DNA of 27,198 bases, taken from IMG/VR virus record IMGVR_UViG_3300007734_000536, positions 1 to 27,198 of that record; one strand, given 5' to 3'. The notes beneath the pieces were generated by a model. That model was not told the origin of the DNA and made no database searches. It saw only the letters and a program-made list of their open reading frames with translations. The stretch comes from a virus. Lineage: Duplodnaviria; Caudoviricetes. A program made the position numbers and the translations under genes. Each line of letters starts with the position of its first letter. Within the stretch, counting starts at the first letter, position 1. Positions 18,380-25,396 of this stretch are shown here, in pieces.

Positions 18380-19024
18380 ATGGCCTTTCTTTTTGCAAAA
18401 TCGTTCCCATTTTGCGTCGAGGAAAGTGATGCCCAAACTGGCGACGGAACAGATTACCCATTTGAAATGACGTTAGAAGATGCGATGGAGTTATACTGGA
18501 AATTTCTATCACTAAAAATAACAGACAATCTTGTTTATTCCTTCGTAAATAATTCTACTGAAGGGAGCTGTGTGGCGACTCACTCATTTTCAAACACCAT
18601 AGAAACATTAAGCTATTGGCCTAGCAAAATGAGTGAAATGATTTGTCCACCGCCTCCATATTTTTACGGAACAACTAGCGGATACAATGGAACTATGACA
18701 AGCAGCAATGCCGTAAGCCCATACAATACAGCCGGATTCTATTCTCTGGTATATGCTCAAAGTATGATTAGAAAAAAAATAAATAATACATACAAATTCT
18801 TTCCTAGTTTTCTTTTAGAAATATCAACCGACTTAGAGTACAGTTCAGATTATAGCACTAAAGATAATGGAGGCTTGGCCTCTCAAATTGTTACTCTTAA
18901 AACTAGTAATAAGGAATATAAAACAAACTTATATGCCAGCGGGGTTAATCCTGGCGATCATTCTGAAATCTCTTTATCTGGTTCAGTAGTTATTGAGAAA
19001 GCAAGTGATCGCACCGCTGAATGA
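18380..19024 (+). CDS. Hypothetical tail-region protein (AT-rich, variable)
   Basis: ATG 18380 (MAFLFAKSFPFC) avoids overlap with the upstream gene; Ser/Thr/Tyr-rich. Confidence 0.6.
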   Translation: MAFLFAKSFPFCVEESDAQTGDGTDYPFEMTLEDAMELYWKFLSLKITDNLVYSFVNNSTEGSCVATHSFSNTIETLSYWPSKMSEMICPPPPYFYGTTSGYNGTMTSSNAVSPYNTAGFYSLVYAQSMIRKKINNTYKFFPSFLLEISTDLEYSSDYSTKDNGGLASQIVTLKTSNKEYKTNLYASGVNPGDHSEISLSGSVVIEKASDRTAE

Positions 19025-19532
19025 TATTATTAAGTCTGGGGGATATTTTTGCGGGGGATTTGTAAGAGACTATCTGATCCGTGGAGAATCTTTTAACGAC
19101 ATTGATTTTTGCTTTGCTGGCAATTTGCCTAATCCTTATGCATCTTGGCCTTTGATTAGGACACAGATTGGAAGGGAAACAGCAGAGGCGCATATTGATG
19201 GCATCAAATATCATTGCGTAAATCTCGAGGCCATAGACTTAACTTGTAATCTGTTTTGCTTTGATGGGGTTAAAGTATATCCAAGGCCGTGTTTTCAATA
19301 CAGAGATAAGCCAGTAGATTATTTTAAGGCTTGGGAAATGCTTTTAAAGAAGAAGTTTGTTATGCAAGTCCCAGCTATTAAAAATGTAAAGTTACGGGCC
19401 AAGTTGACTAAGAGGGGCTGGATTGATTGCGGGATTGATCTGGTTGTAGGCACTCTTGCAGCACCGCCACCCGTCGGCCCTTGGTCTGACTTCACCTTAG
19501 CTAAGGAAAGGTTTAATGTCTTAGCCCTTTGA
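18993..19532 (+). CDS. Minimal nucleotidyltransferase, CCA-adding/poly(A) polymerase head-domain-like
   Basis: 'CGGFVRDYL...NDIDF' (GGxVRD, DxD) and 'DLTCN' (DFTIN-like). The start may be GTG 19005. Confidence 0.7.
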   Translation: MRKQVIAPLNDIIKSGGYFCGGFVRDYLIRGESFNDIDFCFAGNLPNPYASWPLIRTQIGRETAEAHIDGIKYHCVNLEAIDLTCNLFCFDGVKVYPRPCFQYRDKPVDYFKAWEMLLKKKFVMQVPAIKNVKLRAKLTKRGWIDCGIDLVVGTLAAPPPVGPWSDFTLAKERFNVLAL

Positions 19533-19550
19533 CACACGCCATCCAGAAGT

Positions 19551-19886
19551 ATGGCCGCTGGCGTATATAATCTAACCGTAGAACAGGGCGTGGATCTTGC
19601 GCTCGAGGTATCGGTCAAGGACTCCACTGGCGCAACGTATTCACTAGTCGGCGCAACTGCTGCCGCTCAGATCCGCGATACCTACAACGGCAACCTGCTG
19701 GCTGAATTTGCAGCCGTCACGGCTACTGGCACGACCGGCAGCCTTACCCTGGCGTTGAATGCAGCCACGGCATCAGCTCTACCCATCAGTGGCGGAAAGT
19801 GGGATCTACTTCTTACCACAAGCGCTGCCACTAAAATCCGCCTTTTACAAGGCTCCGTCACCATCGCGGGAGAGGTGACTGAATAA
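19551..19886 (+). CDS. Tail fibre anchoring / BppU-N-like beta-sandwich protein
   Basis: 'YNLTVEQG...SLVGATAAAQIRD...KWDLLL...RLLQGSVTI..EVT' pattern common in phage tail regions. Confidence 0.65.
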   Translation: MAAGVYNLTVEQGVDLALEVSVKDSTGATYSLVGATAAAQIRDTYNGNLLAEFAAVTATGTTGSLTLALNAATASALPISGGKWDLLLTTSAATKIRLLQGSVTIAGEVTE

Positions 19887-20020
19887 TGCCTATCACCGCT
19901 ACAGTCTGCGGGCCTGCCAGCATTACGGTTGCCGTGGGTACGCCCATCGTGACGGGTGGAGCTGGCGTGGCTGGCGTGACTACAGGCACGGCCGTGGCGC
20001 TGGCGATAGCCTTGGGATGA
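19886..20020 (+). CDS. 44-aa tail fibre adaptor-like peptide (not in ORF track)
   Basis: TAATG-coupled; MPITATVCGPASITVAVGTPIVTGGAGVAGVTTGTAVALAIALG*; ends in the AIALG* motif of phage fibre proteins. Confidence 0.7.
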   Translation: MPITATVCGPASITVAVGTPIVTGGAGVAGVTTGTAVALAIALG

Positions 20021-20036
20021 CAAGGAGCACAAGAAA

Positions 20037-21248
20037 ATGAAACAGATCTGGCCTAATTACTCTTATTCGCCCACCACAAACGTCCTTACGCTTACCGGGT
20101 TAAACATCGATCGCGACCAACTTCTGCTTGTGACTGCCGCCGATCGCGGGAGGATTATGTATAACTTTGCGGATAGCTCGGTTACCGCTTCCGCCTTTAC
20201 GTCGGGCGCAAATACCGCACTTACCCTGGTTGCGACTACCGCTGGGCTAACGACCACGGCTGCGCTTGTTATCTATTACGACGATCAGCTTCAGAGCACC
20301 TCAGTTTCCATCTCTAACCTCCCATCCACCCAGACGATTGCTGGAACGGTAACTGTATCAAATGCAGTTGAGTTAGCACAAGCCCTACTCGCTCAAAGTG
20401 CATCTTACGCAAGTTTAGATGTAAATATTGGTGGAGTTAGTTCGGTCACGCTACCCATCTCTGGCACAGTCACCATTGGCTCTGCTCTCCCCGCTGGCAC
20501 AAACCGCATCGGCGTAGTGACGATTGGAGCAGGGACAGTCACCATCGGAGCAGGGACGGCACAGATTGGAAGCGTGACGGCATCTATCTCAAACAGCCTC
20601 ACGATTGCGTCGCTTCCTGCGATTAGTGGAACGGTTACGGTTGGAGGATTTTCTGGAAATGCCGTCACTACGGGCTACACATTTAATGGAAATGCAGTTT
20701 CCTCCGTCCCTGTTATCGTAATGGAAAATTATAATGGGAGTATTGGAACGGTGGATGTTTCTGGTGGTTTCATTACTGTTACCACAGGCACAAACCAAAT
20801 CGGCGTGGTGACGATTGGCGGTGGCACAGTCACACTCGGGGCAAGCACATCTCAAATTGGAAGCGTCACGGCCAACATTAGCGGAACTGTCCCCATTAGC
20901 ATTACATCTGTAACCATTGGCTCTTGCGTTACGCATGGAGTAACGATTGCAAATACGGTAGTCACATTCTATCCAGCACAAGGCACCACGGTATCTAATA
21001 CAAATTTCACTAGCATTACTTCTTCTACTTCTTTAGTAGCCGCTGATTCTGGCAGGGAAGTGCTGACGGTGTTTAACGAGGGAGCTGGAAATCTTCACAT
21101 TTCGCCCGGTGCTACTTGCACCACGATTAGCTACCAAGTTCGACTATCTAGTGGCGATTATTGGGAATGTCCCGCTGGTCAACTTTCCCTAGCTCATACC
21201 GCAGTATTCGCCACGGCTGGCACGGCTAGAGTAACGCAAATTAGCTAG
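20037..21248 (+). CDS. Tail fibre protein with (I/V)GxVT repeats
   Basis: AAGGAG Shine-Dalgarno; Thr/Ser/Gly/Val-rich; repeated ISGTVT / IGSVT / IGVVT units. Confidence 0.75.
   Translation: MKQIWPNYSYSPTTNVLTLTGLNIDRDQLLLVTAADRGRIMYNFADSSVTASAFTSGANTALTLVATTAGLTTTAALVIYYDDQLQSTSVSISNLPSTQTIAGTVTVSNAVELAQALLAQSASYASLDVNIGGVSSVTLPISGTVTIGSALPAGTNRIGVVTIGAGTVTIGAGTAQIGSVTASISNSLTIASLPAISGTVTVGGFSGNAVTTGYTFNGNAVSSVPVIVMENYNGSIGTVDVSGGFITVTTGTNQIGVVTIGGGTVTLGASTSQIGSVTANISGTVPISITSVTIGSCVTHGVTIANTVVTFYPAQGTTVSNTNFTSITSSTSLVAADSGREVLTVFNEGAGNLHISPGATCTTISYQVRLSSGDYWECPAGQLSLAHTAVFATAGTARVTQIS
20496..20885 (+). repeat. Imperfect ~90-nt internal duplication in the fibre gene (copies start at 20496 and 20787)
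   Basis: GTNRIGVVTIGAGTVTIGAGTAQIGSVTASIS versus GTNQIGVVTIGGGTVTLGASTSQIGSVTANIS. Confidence 0.8.
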
Positions 21249-21257
21249 GAGTAGGCG

Positions 21258-21998
21258 ATGGCACTTTTTAAGACAGTATTAAATCCAATACAACTTGTAA
21301 CAAATTACAAAAGGTTTGGTATTAACGGAATTGCAAACTCTTCTGGCGGTGGAAATATAACTGGCAGATTTTCTGGTGGGTTTAATATAAATGCAGGAAA
21401 TAGTGCTACATCTTACGCAAAAGTTGCATACAGCTCTTCCTTTGCAACAATTACTGGTGCTACTGGAGCACCGATCAACTTTGCTCTTGGAGTTGGATTT
21501 TTTGGGATTGGATATTTTGAATTAGGAACTGCAACCGCAGGGCAGGCAATAAGAATAATTGTTGGAGACGATTCGGAATCAACTGTCCCACTCAATTCTA
21601 CTCAAAATGCTTTAGCAACAAGAGGATTTGGATTTGAAATATATAATGATTCTGGAACAAAAAAAATAAGATTATTTGCTCACGATGGTACAACCTACTC
21701 TACATCTTCTGGATTGTCTGGTTTTCAGTTTGCGTTCACATACACAGTTCAGTTTTACATCAAAAACGATCCATCTGGTAATGTATATTTATATTTAGCT
21801 CAAAACGCAACTGAAAATGGATTAGTCCCAGCACTTCCAGCAACGCCAACAATCACTCTTGCTGGAGGCCCAACATCCTCGACCTCAGCCAAAAGATTTG
21901 TTACAGTAAATGTAATTACTAATGGAGTAAATAATCCAGGATCTGCTTTTGCAAGCTATTGTGCTCTTGATGAAAGTATTTTTACGGTTGGCGTGTAA
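21258..21998 (+). CDS. Putative receptor-binding / lectin-like beta-sandwich protein
   Basis: AGGAG Shine-Dalgarno, AT-rich DNA, aromatic/Gly/Ser/Thr-rich beta strands, last gene of the tail module. Confidence 0.55.
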   Translation: MALFKTVLNPIQLVTNYKRFGINGIANSSGGGNITGRFSGGFNINAGNSATSYAKVAYSSSFATITGATGAPINFALGVGFFGIGYFELGTATAGQAIRIIVGDDSESTVPLNSTQNALATRGFGFEIYNDSGTKKIRLFAHDGTTYSTSSGLSGFQFAFTYTVQFYIKNDPSGNVYLYLAQNATENGLVPALPATPTITLAGGPTSSTSAKRFVTVNVITNGVNNPGSAFASYCALDESIFTVGV

Positions 21999-21999
21999 A

Positions 22000-22119
22000 A
22001 TGCCCCCACTCCTCCTCACCCTCTTGCTCTGCTCCTGCTCGCCAAAACCAGAGCAGAATAATTGTCTGCCAGATTACGGGGAAATGGGAGCTGCTGCCGA
22101 TGCGGGCCGAGTAAAATGA
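22000..22119 (+). CDS. 39-aa putative lipoprotein (not in ORF track)
   Basis: MPPLLLTLLLCSCSPKPEQ...; hydrophobic stretch plus lipobox-like LCSC; fills the gap exactly. Confidence 0.5.
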   Translation: MPPLLLTLLLCSCSPKPEQNNCLPDYGEMGAAADAGRVK

Positions 22120-22275
22120 ATGAGTGCCATAGATGATAAGGATACCCCTAGCTGGCGGGACTTTATGGCAAGCCTCAAGTTCCTAGAGGCCGAGGGCTAC
22201 ATAGAGATATTCTATAACGACAAGGGCGAGGAGATGGTGCGGATTGCGGAAGGCGCAGAAACGGCCACCTTATGA
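22120..22275 (+). CDS. 51-aa acidic hypothetical protein (not in ORF track)
   Basis: MSAIDDKDTPSWRDFMASLKFLEAEGYIEIFYNDKGEEMVRIAEGAETATL*; abuts the previous stop and is ATGA-coupled to the next gene. Confidence 0.65.
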   Translation: MSAIDDKDTPSWRDFMASLKFLEAEGYIEIFYNDKGEEMVRIAEGAETATL

Positions 22276-22532
22276 GCACCGACCAAGTCGCTGAACTTTC
22301 GGAGCGGTTAAGCCTAGTGCGGGAATCAATCGCCCGAATCGAAACCCGGCAGTCGGTAATTCTGGATTTATTAGAACGCTCGCAAGCCAGCTTGGGCGAG
22401 TATCACGGCCGCCTGACCAACATGGAACGCGACGCGCACACGATTAAAACAAAGCTGTGGCTAGTGGCGTTGGTATCCGGGGCAGTGGTAAGCACAGCGT
22501 GGGAGTTAATCAAACGCCGATTTAGCTTTTGA
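22272..22532 (+). CDS. Coiled-coil protein with C-terminal TM helix (XhlA-like, lysis-associated)
   Basis: Heptad pattern followed by 'LWLVALVSGAVVSTAW' and a basic tail. Confidence 0.65.
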   Translation: MSTDQVAELSERLSLVRESIARIETRQSVILDLLERSQASLGEYHGRLTNMERDAHTIKTKLWLVALVSGAVVSTAWELIKRRFSF

Positions 22533-22558
22533 CCTACCTTTGACACCCCGCCAAGGGC

Positions 22559-22723
22559 ATGGAAATTATCAATAACATACTAACGAACTGGCAGTCTTAC
22601 CTTGGCGCCTTGTCGGCCGTGCTAGTGGCTGTGATTGCGGTATCGGCCGTTATCCCTGGCGACGAACCTGAGCGTACCCTGCAAAAGATAGTGGACGTCA
22701 TCGCTCGATTCTCAAAAAAGTAA
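22559..22723 (+). CDS. Putative holin, 54 aa (not in ORF track)
   Basis: MEIINNILTNWQSYLGALSAVLVAVIAVSAVIPGDEPERTLQKIVDVIARFSKK*; one TM helix, basic C-terminus, TTGACA motif upstream. Confidence 0.6.
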   Translation: MEIINNILTNWQSYLGALSAVLVAVIAVSAVIPGDEPERTLQKIVDVIARFSKK

Positions 22724-22727
22724 GCAA

Positions 22728-22898
22728 ATGATCGCCGCAATCGTCGGCGTGGTAGGCAGTTTGCTGGGCGTCCTGCTTTGGTTTTTAAAACGCAAATCGC
22801 CGCTACAGCGCAACTTTGAGGCGATTGAACTGGAACGTAGGAAAAGACTGAGAGACATAGATGCGTGGTGGACTAAACGCCCTCCTGCTGATTCTTAG
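22728..22898 (+). CDS. Putative inner-membrane spanin (Rz-like), 56 aa (not in ORF track)
   Basis: N-terminal TM MIAAIVGVVGSLLGVLLWFL followed by a charged helix; overlaps the lipoprotein gene. Confidence 0.6.
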   Translation: MIAAIVGVVGSLLGVLLWFLKRKSPLQRNFEAIELERRKRLRDIDAWWTKRPPADS

Positions 22899-23112
22899 CC
22901 TGGCACTGGCATCCTGTGCGACAACCTCGCAAACGCAGGACGGCCCGCCGCCAAGCCCGGACAGTATCTCGTACTTTATCTACGCATGGGACAAAGCCGA
23001 ACGCAGTAACCCACCCTGCCCACAAGCTTACCGAGATCTGTTTGCGGAATCGCTCAAAGCGCTATCTGATAGCTTGGCAGAAACTGAAAGAGAGCGAGCT
23101 AGGAATCAGTGA
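22861..23112 (+). CDS. Putative outer-membrane spanin (Rz1-like lipoprotein)
   Basis: Signal peptide with lipobox LASC, Pro-rich segment; overlaps the i-spanin candidate. Confidence 0.7.
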   Translation: MRGGLNALLLILSLALASCATTSQTQDGPPPSPDSISYFIYAWDKAERSNPPCPQAYRDLFAESLKALSDSLAETERERARNQ

Positions 23113-23639
23113 CCAGCCTCGCGGAAGCTAGTTCTCGCACTTTGCGGGCGATTGATTCGCTAGACGCCAGCTTTCAAAGGCAGGTAAGGGGATGGGTGAA
23201 TGAAATGGTGACCAGCCGGATCGAGCCTCTTATCTACTGCGGTATGCGCTCCATGGAGGAGCAGGCCGCGCTGTACGCAAAAGGCAGAACTGACGGAAGC
23301 AACAAGATCGTGACTAAAGCCAAACCAGGGGAAAGTTATCACAACTACGGGCTGGCGTTTGATTGGGTACCGTTGAAGCAGTCGGCAAAGAACGCGGATC
23401 TGTGGATTTCGGATTGGGACAATGAAACCGCTTTCCGCCTGGGCGAGCACGTTGGGGTGAGCTTTGAACTAGCCGCAATCTCTTGGGAAACAGGTCACTT
23501 GCAGTCGTCTAAATATAAGAGCTGGCGTGACATCTCACGCAACTCCGTGGAACAAGTGGAACAGATAAAGGCCAAGGATATCCGCACAAAAACGAGGGCC
23601 AAAAGCCTAGTCAGTAACAGGCCGTGGAGTTCACGGTGA
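23109..23639 (+). CDS. Endolysin, peptidase M15 (L-Ala-D-Glu peptidase-like)
   Basis: 'RSMEEQAALYAKGRT', 'AKPGESYHNYGLAFD' (SxHxxGxAxD), 'WETGHLQ'. Confidence 0.92.
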   Translation: MTSLAEASSRTLRAIDSLDASFQRQVRGWVNEMVTSRIEPLIYCGMRSMEEQAALYAKGRTDGSNKIVTKAKPGESYHNYGLAFDWVPLKQSAKNADLWISDWDNETAFRLGEHVGVSFELAAISWETGHLQSSKYKSWRDISRNSVEQVEQIKAKDIRTKTRAKSLVSNRPWSSR

Positions 23640-23950
23640 CGCCCGAACACGAGAAGCATCTGGCTGGCATTCTGCGCGATTTAAGCAGGGATCTGGACGC
23701 AAAATATCGCAAAGGCCAAGACCAGCACGGTGGTGCGTTGTGGCGCAGGCCCGTGTGGAAGGATGCGTGGGAAGAGGTGCTGGATCTATGCACCTACGTC
23801 CACACGTTAAAGATGCAGCTTTCCGTCATAGCCGAAATCGCACTGATCGGGGCCAGCGACGAGAGCGTTGTGGCAGCGCAATCGCGGGAAAGTTGCCGTC
23901 AGATCCTTGCCGTGCTCGAGGGATTCCCATCAGCGGCCGATAAGAAATGA
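23636..23950 (+). CDS. All-alpha NTP-pyrophosphatase (MazG-like) putative protein
   Basis: 'AKYRKGQDQHGG...DAWEEVLDLCTY' with EExxD; GTGA-coupled to the endolysin gene (alternative start 23624). Confidence 0.5.
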   Translation: MTPEHEKHLAGILRDLSRDLDAKYRKGQDQHGGALWRRPVWKDAWEEVLDLCTYVHTLKMQLSVIAEIALIGASDESVVAAQSRESCRQILAVLEGFPSAADKK

Positions 23951-24699
23951 AAGTAATTCGCAAGTGGAAGCGGTGGCTGGCGGTGAGCTGCAGCCACGGA
24001 CACCTGGCAAACGCAGCCGCCTGCAAAGCCGCTTTAGAAATGAAGCGGAGGTGGCAGCCTGACTCAGATTCAATCCTTCACCTGGGCGATTTTGTCGATC
24101 TATCCGGACTAATGGGCAGTGCCCGTAAAGATCCAGATTCGCCCGAGCGTACCGCATCCATCCGAGAGGACTTTGACGCTGGCCTCAATTTCGTCCGAGA
24201 ACTGGCACCACGCTATGTTTTTGAGGGCAACCACGAGCACCGTCTAACGGCTTTACAATACTCGCCTAGCGCAATCGTGGCGCACTGCTGCACGTCGGCT
24301 AAGTCGGAAATCTACAACATGTGCAAGGATCTAAAGGCGCAGTATATCCCTTATGATATAGAGAAAGGTTGGCGTGATCTTGGCGGCACGGCATTCGGCC
24401 ACGGCTTTATGTACTCAGAGGCAAGCGCAGTACGCGATCACGTTGAAATGCTCCGCAAGCCTGTCGTTATGGGCCACCTGCACCGGGTAGATCGAACGGC
24501 TGGCCGTAGTATTGGCGCCCCTGTGGGCTGGTCGATCGGTTGCCTAGCCGACATCGCCAGCATGCACTACGCCAGGAGAATGCGATCGGTTACCAGATGG
24601 CAACACGGCGTGGCGTGGGGCGAGTATGTAGAGGGCGGGCAGGGATGCACGGTCAACGTCTTGTCGCCAGTAGGAGGGACATGGCGATATCCAGTATAA
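23947..24699 (+). CDS. Calcineurin-like metallophosphoesterase
   Basis: Motifs SCSHG (DxH variant), LGDFVD, GNHE, HG, GHLHR. Confidence 0.88.
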   Translation: MKVIRKWKRWLAVSCSHGHLANAAACKAALEMKRRWQPDSDSILHLGDFVDLSGLMGSARKDPDSPERTASIREDFDAGLNFVRELAPRYVFEGNHEHRLTALQYSPSAIVAHCCTSAKSEIYNMCKDLKAQYIPYDIEKGWRDLGGTAFGHGFMYSEASAVRDHVEMLRKPVVMGHLHRVDRTAGRSIGAPVGWSIGCLADIASMHYARRMRSVTRWQHGVAWGEYVEGGQGCTVNVLSPVGGTWRYPV

Positions 24700-24980
24700 A
24701 GTCAGATTGGGCAACCGTCTTGACCGAATATGTTGCTGGGCAGCGGCAGGAGGTGGTGCCGGCTGGCTGGCTAACTAAACACCAGATCGCCGAGCTGTGG
24801 GGGAAGTCGGCAAATTACGCTAATAAACTCCTGGCACGATTGATTAAAGACGGCAGGGCAGAGAAGAAAAACTACGTGATCCGATTGCCTCACGTTGATT
24901 CAAGCGGAAAAAAGTTTCTAGGCCACTGCCGCAAGGTGCCGCACTACCGGCTTACTTCAGGCAAATCGCCCAAAAACTAG
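24681..24980 (+). CDS. Small basic HTH / winged-helix protein, 99 aa
   Basis: AGGAGG Shine-Dalgarno before ATG 24681; 'WLTKHQIAELWGKSANYANKLLARLIKDG'. Confidence 0.65.
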   Translation: MAISSIKSDWATVLTEYVAGQRQEVVPAGWLTKHQIAELWGKSANYANKLLARLIKDGRAEKKNYVIRLPHVDSSGKKFLGHCRKVPHYRLTSGKSPKN

Positions 24981-25120
24981 CGTCTAGTTTCTTTGGCCAG
25001 CTCTTTCACGAGCAGGGTGGTAATAAAGGCCGAAAGACTTAATCCGCCTTTCTTGGCTAGTCGCTCGCCGTTGCGTTTCACCTTGGGATCTATTGTAAGG
25101 TTGGTTTTCACCTTTTTCAT
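24977..25120 (-). CDS. Ribbon-helix-helix regulator 1, 47 aa (candidate repressor; not in ORF track)
   Basis: MKKVKTNLTIDPKVKRNGERLAKKGGLSLSAFITTLLVKELAKETRR*; alternating beta strand, helix, G-x-S-x-S turn, helix. Confidence 0.8.
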   Translation of the reverse strand: MKKVKTNLTIDPKVKRNGERLAKKGGLSLSAFITTLLVKELAKETRR

Positions 25121-25128
25121 AGGGGAAC

Positions 25129-25157
25129 ATAGTATGCGTAATTTATACGCCTTGCAA
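25129..25157 (-). promoter_or_regulatory. Leftward sigma70-like promoter with operator in the spacer (near-leaderless)
   Basis: Minus strand TTGCAA-17 nt-TACTAT-8 nt-ATG; spacer holds the palindrome GCGTA-N5-TACGC. Confidence 0.7.
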
Positions 25158-25193
25158 GTTTGAAAGAAACTTTAATAAATAAAAAGAAAGTTA

Positions 25194-25229
25194 TGGACAA
25201 TACGCAGACTATGCGTAGTCAAGGCGTAT
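25194..25229 (+). promoter_or_regulatory. Rightward promoter/operator region
   Basis: TGGACA-16 nt-TAGTCA-6 nt-ATG; palindrome TACGCA-N5-TGCGTA at 25201-25217; CAAGGCGTAT (25220-25229) is the inverse of ATACGCCTTG (25145-25154). Confidence 0.55.
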
Positions 25230-25389
25230 GCCTCGTCGCTTTCTCAATGGTAACAAAGCAGAAAAGACAAATCTTGTCCTGCCGTCGGTATTGAAAAAGG
25301 CAGCACAGAAACTGGCCGCTGCTCGTCGTATTTCACTTTCCCAGCTCGTCACCCAACTGCTCGCAAGAGCATCGGGAGAGCAAAGCTAG
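25228..25389 (+). CDS. Ribbon-helix-helix regulator 2, 53 aa (Cro-analogue candidate; not in ORF track)
   Basis: MPRRFLNGNKAEKTNLVLPSVLKKAAQKLAAARRISLSQLVTQLLARASGEQS*; shares KTNL and SLS with regulator 1. Confidence 0.8.
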   Translation: MPRRFLNGNKAEKTNLVLPSVLKKAAQKLAAARRISLSQLVTQLLARASGEQS

Positions 25390-25396
25390 ATACGCC

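Noticed and set aside
19682-20032. 116-aa minus-strand ORF
   Set aside because: Antisense to two coupled + strand tail genes that explain the region
20496-20885. Diversity-generating retroelement TR/VR pair
   Set aside because: Both copies are in frame in one gene, differences are not adenine-specific, and no reverse transcriptase is in the window
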